A stretch of 64,000 nucleotides of DNA from Thermoanaerobaculia bacterium (GTDB lineage: Bacteria > Acidobacteriota > Thermoanaerobaculia > Gp7-AA8). The position numbers and the translations under genes are program-made. Shown piece by piece: positions 61,976 to 64,000 of the stretch. Numbering within the stretch: position 1 is the stretch's first letter; each line of letters starts with the position of its first letter. Where the stretch lies: NCBI GenBank assembly GCA_035569395.1, contig DATMNC010000011.1, forward strand, positions 67,560 through 131,559, in the 5' to 3' direction. Under the pieces are notes generated by a model that did no database searches, was not told the origin of the DNA, and saw only the letters and a list, made by a program, of their open reading frames with translations.

Positions 61976-62448
61976 CCTTTCGCCTTCATCCTTTTCAAGA
62001 ACTCTGTCGTCGAGTGGTCTTTCGGATCACCAACGATTGCGATCCGTCCGCCATACGACCGCACGATCTCCGCCTCGGGGACGCTGTCCGGAGTGTAGTC
62101 CGTTCCTTTGCAGTGAACGTCCGGCTTCAGATGGCCGATGAGACGTCCCGGGCTGCGCTCGCTGAAGATCGTCACGTAGGAGACGCCGCGAATGGCGGCG
62201 ATGATCTCCGCCCGTTCGGCCTCATTCATCACTGGGCGTCCCGTTCCTTTCAGTTCGCATACCGATTCATCGCCGTTGACGCCGACGACGAGAACGTCAG
62301 CTTCTTTTGCCGCCCCCTGCAGGTAGCGGATGTGACCTACGTGCAGCACATCGAAGCAGCCGTTGGCGAAGGCGATTGTTCGTCCCGCGGCGCGCTCACG
62401 AGCGATCGCATCCGCCAGATCGCGCTCGTCCAGGACCGGTGCGTTCAC
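61972..62448 (-). CDS. hldC: D-glycero-beta-D-manno-heptose 1-phosphate adenylyltransferase (cytidylyltransferase-like; HldE domain II as separate protein)
   Basis: NGCFDVLHVGHIRYL (HxGH nucleotidyltransferase motif) and the later lysine-containing region KPDVHCKGTDY. Overlaps both flanking genes by 4 nt. Confidence 0.7.
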   Translation of the reverse strand: MNAPVLDERDLADAIARERAAGRTIAFANGCFDVLHVGHIRYLQGAAKEADVLVVGVNGDESVCELKGTGRPVMNEAERAEIIAAIRGVSYVTIFSERSPGRLIGHLKPDVHCKGTDYTPDSVPEAEIVRSYGGRIAIVGDPKDHSTTEFLKRMKAKG

Positions 62449-63464
62449 TCGCTCAGCGCCTCGTCGCGCTCGATGGCCCTGCGCAGCTCGTCGTTTGACA
62501 CGGTCGCTGTCCCCATCTTCATGACCACGATACCGCCGGCATAGTTGGCAATCGTCGCTGCCTCGGCGAACGACGCGCCGGCGGCGAGCGATAACGTGAA
62601 GGTGGCAATGACCGTGTCTCCCGCGCCGGTGACGTCGGCTACCTGGTCGGTCCCGTAGACCGGGATCAGGAGCGCACCGCGTCCAGCCCCTTCGAAGAGT
62701 GCCATGCCGCGGCTCCCGCGCGTGATCAGGAGCGCCTCGCTGCCGAGTTTCTTTCGCAACGCCTCGCCGGCCTGCTGCAGTTGTGCATCATCGTCGCCGT
62801 CAAAGAGCGATGTACCGGCTGCCGCCGCTGCTTCTTCCTCGTTTGGTGTGGCCGCGGTGACGCCGGAAAAGCGAAGGAGGTCATACCGCGAGTCGAGCGT
62901 GACCGGCTTGCCTGCCGCCGTTCCGGTCAGCGTTTGCGCAAGCGGCTGCGTCACGGCGCCATATCCGTAGTCGCTGATCAGTCCCGCATGCGCGGCCGCC
63001 ATCTGCTCGCGCAGCACGCCGGCGATTCGGGCGGCCTCGCTTTCGGTGAGATCGCAGTGATCCTCGATGTCGTAACGGACGATCTGCTGGCGGCTGGCGT
63101 GGGGCATTCCGCCGAGGATTCGAACCTTCGTCGGCGTGTTGTAACGGCTCGCGCGCAGAACGCCGCTGCAGTCGATACCCTGACCGGCCATTGCATCAAG
63201 GAGCTGGGTTCCCTGAGTATCGTCTCCCAGAACGGAGACGGGAATCGGGATGCCTCCGAGCGCAACGATATTGTTGATGGCGTTGCCCGCGGCGCCGAGG
63301 AGCACATCGTCGCGATACTGGCGCAGGATCAGCACCGGCGCTTCGCGGGAGATGCGCTTCGGCGTGCCGTAGATGAAACGGTCAGCCACGATGTCGCCAT
63401 AGACGACAATCCGCCGCGCCTTCATCCCCTCGGCGATCTGCAGCAGACGTGTCCGCGCAAACAC
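62445..63464 (-). CDS. hldA: D-glycero-beta-D-manno-heptose 7-phosphate kinase (PfkB family; HldE domain I as separate protein)
   Basis: Has the PfkB carbohydrate-kinase pattern GGAGNAINN...DTLGAGD-like (VTGAGDTVIA). Confidence 0.7.
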   Translation of the reverse strand: MFARTRLLQIAEGMKARRIVVYGDIVADRFIYGTPKRISREAPVLILRQYRDDVLLGAAGNAINNIVALGGIPIPVSVLGDDTQGTQLLDAMAGQGIDCSGVLRASRYNTPTKVRILGGMPHASRQQIVRYDIEDHCDLTESEAARIAGVLREQMAAAHAGLISDYGYGAVTQPLAQTLTGTAAGKPVTLDSRYDLLRFSGVTAATPNEEEAAAAAGTSLFDGDDDAQLQQAGEALRKKLGSEALLITRGSRGMALFEGAGRGALLIPVYGTDQVADVTGAGDTVIATFTLSLAAGASFAEAATIANYAGGIVVMKMGTATVSNDELRRAIERDEALSE

Positions 63465-63495
63465 GCGTGAAGGATATCGGAATATCGTTCTCCCG

Positions 63496-63675
63496 ATGAC
63501 CGCGCTGATCGAAGGGGTCGACTTCTACTACGAAGGCGGCTTCATGGTTTTCACCGAGAAGTTCCTCCGCGAGCGCGGCTACTGTTGCGAATCAGGCTGC
63601 CGGCATTGCCCGTACGGCTTTCGCAAGGAGCAGCGGACGGATGTGCCGGTCGATGACGAGACGTTGGATCCGTGA
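63496..63675 (+). CDS. small Cys-rich protein (DUF5522-like), 59 aa
   Basis: MTALIEGVDFYYEGGFMVFTEKFLRERGYCCESGCRHCPYGFRKEQ contains the CCxSGCRHCPY signature. Not in the ORF track because it is under 60 aa. Confidence 0.45.
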   Translation: MTALIEGVDFYYEGGFMVFTEKFLRERGYCCESGCRHCPYGFRKEQRTDVPVDDETLDP

Positions 63676-64000
63676 TCAGGGCCGCAACTCGGCTGCCGCG
63701 AGCTCACGCTTTTCATCACCGCTCAGAATGTTCTCGACGTCGATGAGCAGATATACATCTTCGTCGTGTGGAACGACGGCGATCAGGAGATCGCCGCGGA
63801 TTCCGCGCGCGATCGGTGGCGGCGGCAGAAGCGAGTCGCTGCCGACGTTGACGATCCGGCGCACGGCGTCGACCTTCAGGCCGATGACACCGGAGCTGCT
63901 GTGCGTGATGAGGATGAGCGGCTCTCCGGCGCGCTCCCCCATGTCGGGGTAAAGCCGCGCGCGCAGGTCGATGATCGGGATCACCTCGCTCCGCAGGATG
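63676..64000 (-). CDS. CheW-like domain protein, C-terminal part (gene start beyond window end)
   Basis: ...PIIDLRARL...LILITHSSSGVIGLKVDAVRRIVNV... is a CheW-like pattern; the ORF is open to the window edge. Confidence 0.5.
   Translation of the reverse strand, partial: ILRSEVIPIIDLRARLYPDMGERAGEPLILITHSSSGVIGLKVDAVRRIVNVGSDSLLPPPPIARGIRGDLLIAVVPHDEDVYLLIDVENILSGDEKRELAAAELRP

Overview
High-GC bacterial chromosomal segment. The gene content suggests an Acidobacteria-like organism: a CarboxypepD_reg-type TonB receptor N-terminus, an ECF sigma/Ser-Thr kinase pair and type IV pilus genes, but this is inference only. About 55 protein genes, one tRNA-Asn, no rRNA and no CRISPR. Housekeeping content: a bifunctional homocysteine S-methyltransferase/MTHFR, nadK, a ClpX-like ATPase, asnB, purM/purN, galU, maf, RNase G, pilB-pilT-pilC and heptose (hldA/hldC + GT9) genes. 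Accessory content: (i) an N6-adenine DNA methyltransferase (gamma-class, 1040 aa) translationally coupled to a minimal SNF2 ATPase, a candidate restriction/defence module; (ii) a low-GC islet with a DarT-like (DUF4433) ADP-ribosyltransferase gene overlapping an unknown partner gene; (iii) a Phd/YefM-RelE/ParE toxin-antitoxin pair wedged onto the 3' end of galU; (iv) a 663-aa flotillin-like protein followed by a 1458-aa polytopic membrane protein with no recognisable domains; (v) a DNPH1/Rcl-like hydrolase next to tRNA-Asn. The most striking sequence-level feature is three families of intergenic palindromic (MITE/REP-like) elements, 11 copies in 64 kb. One copy is inserted in-frame inside a YfhO-like membrane protein gene that also carries an in-frame TAA. 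Two related 21-bp tandem-repeat arrays sit in convergent intergenic gaps. All coordinates were derived by hand from the sequence and ORF track; starts are best guesses.
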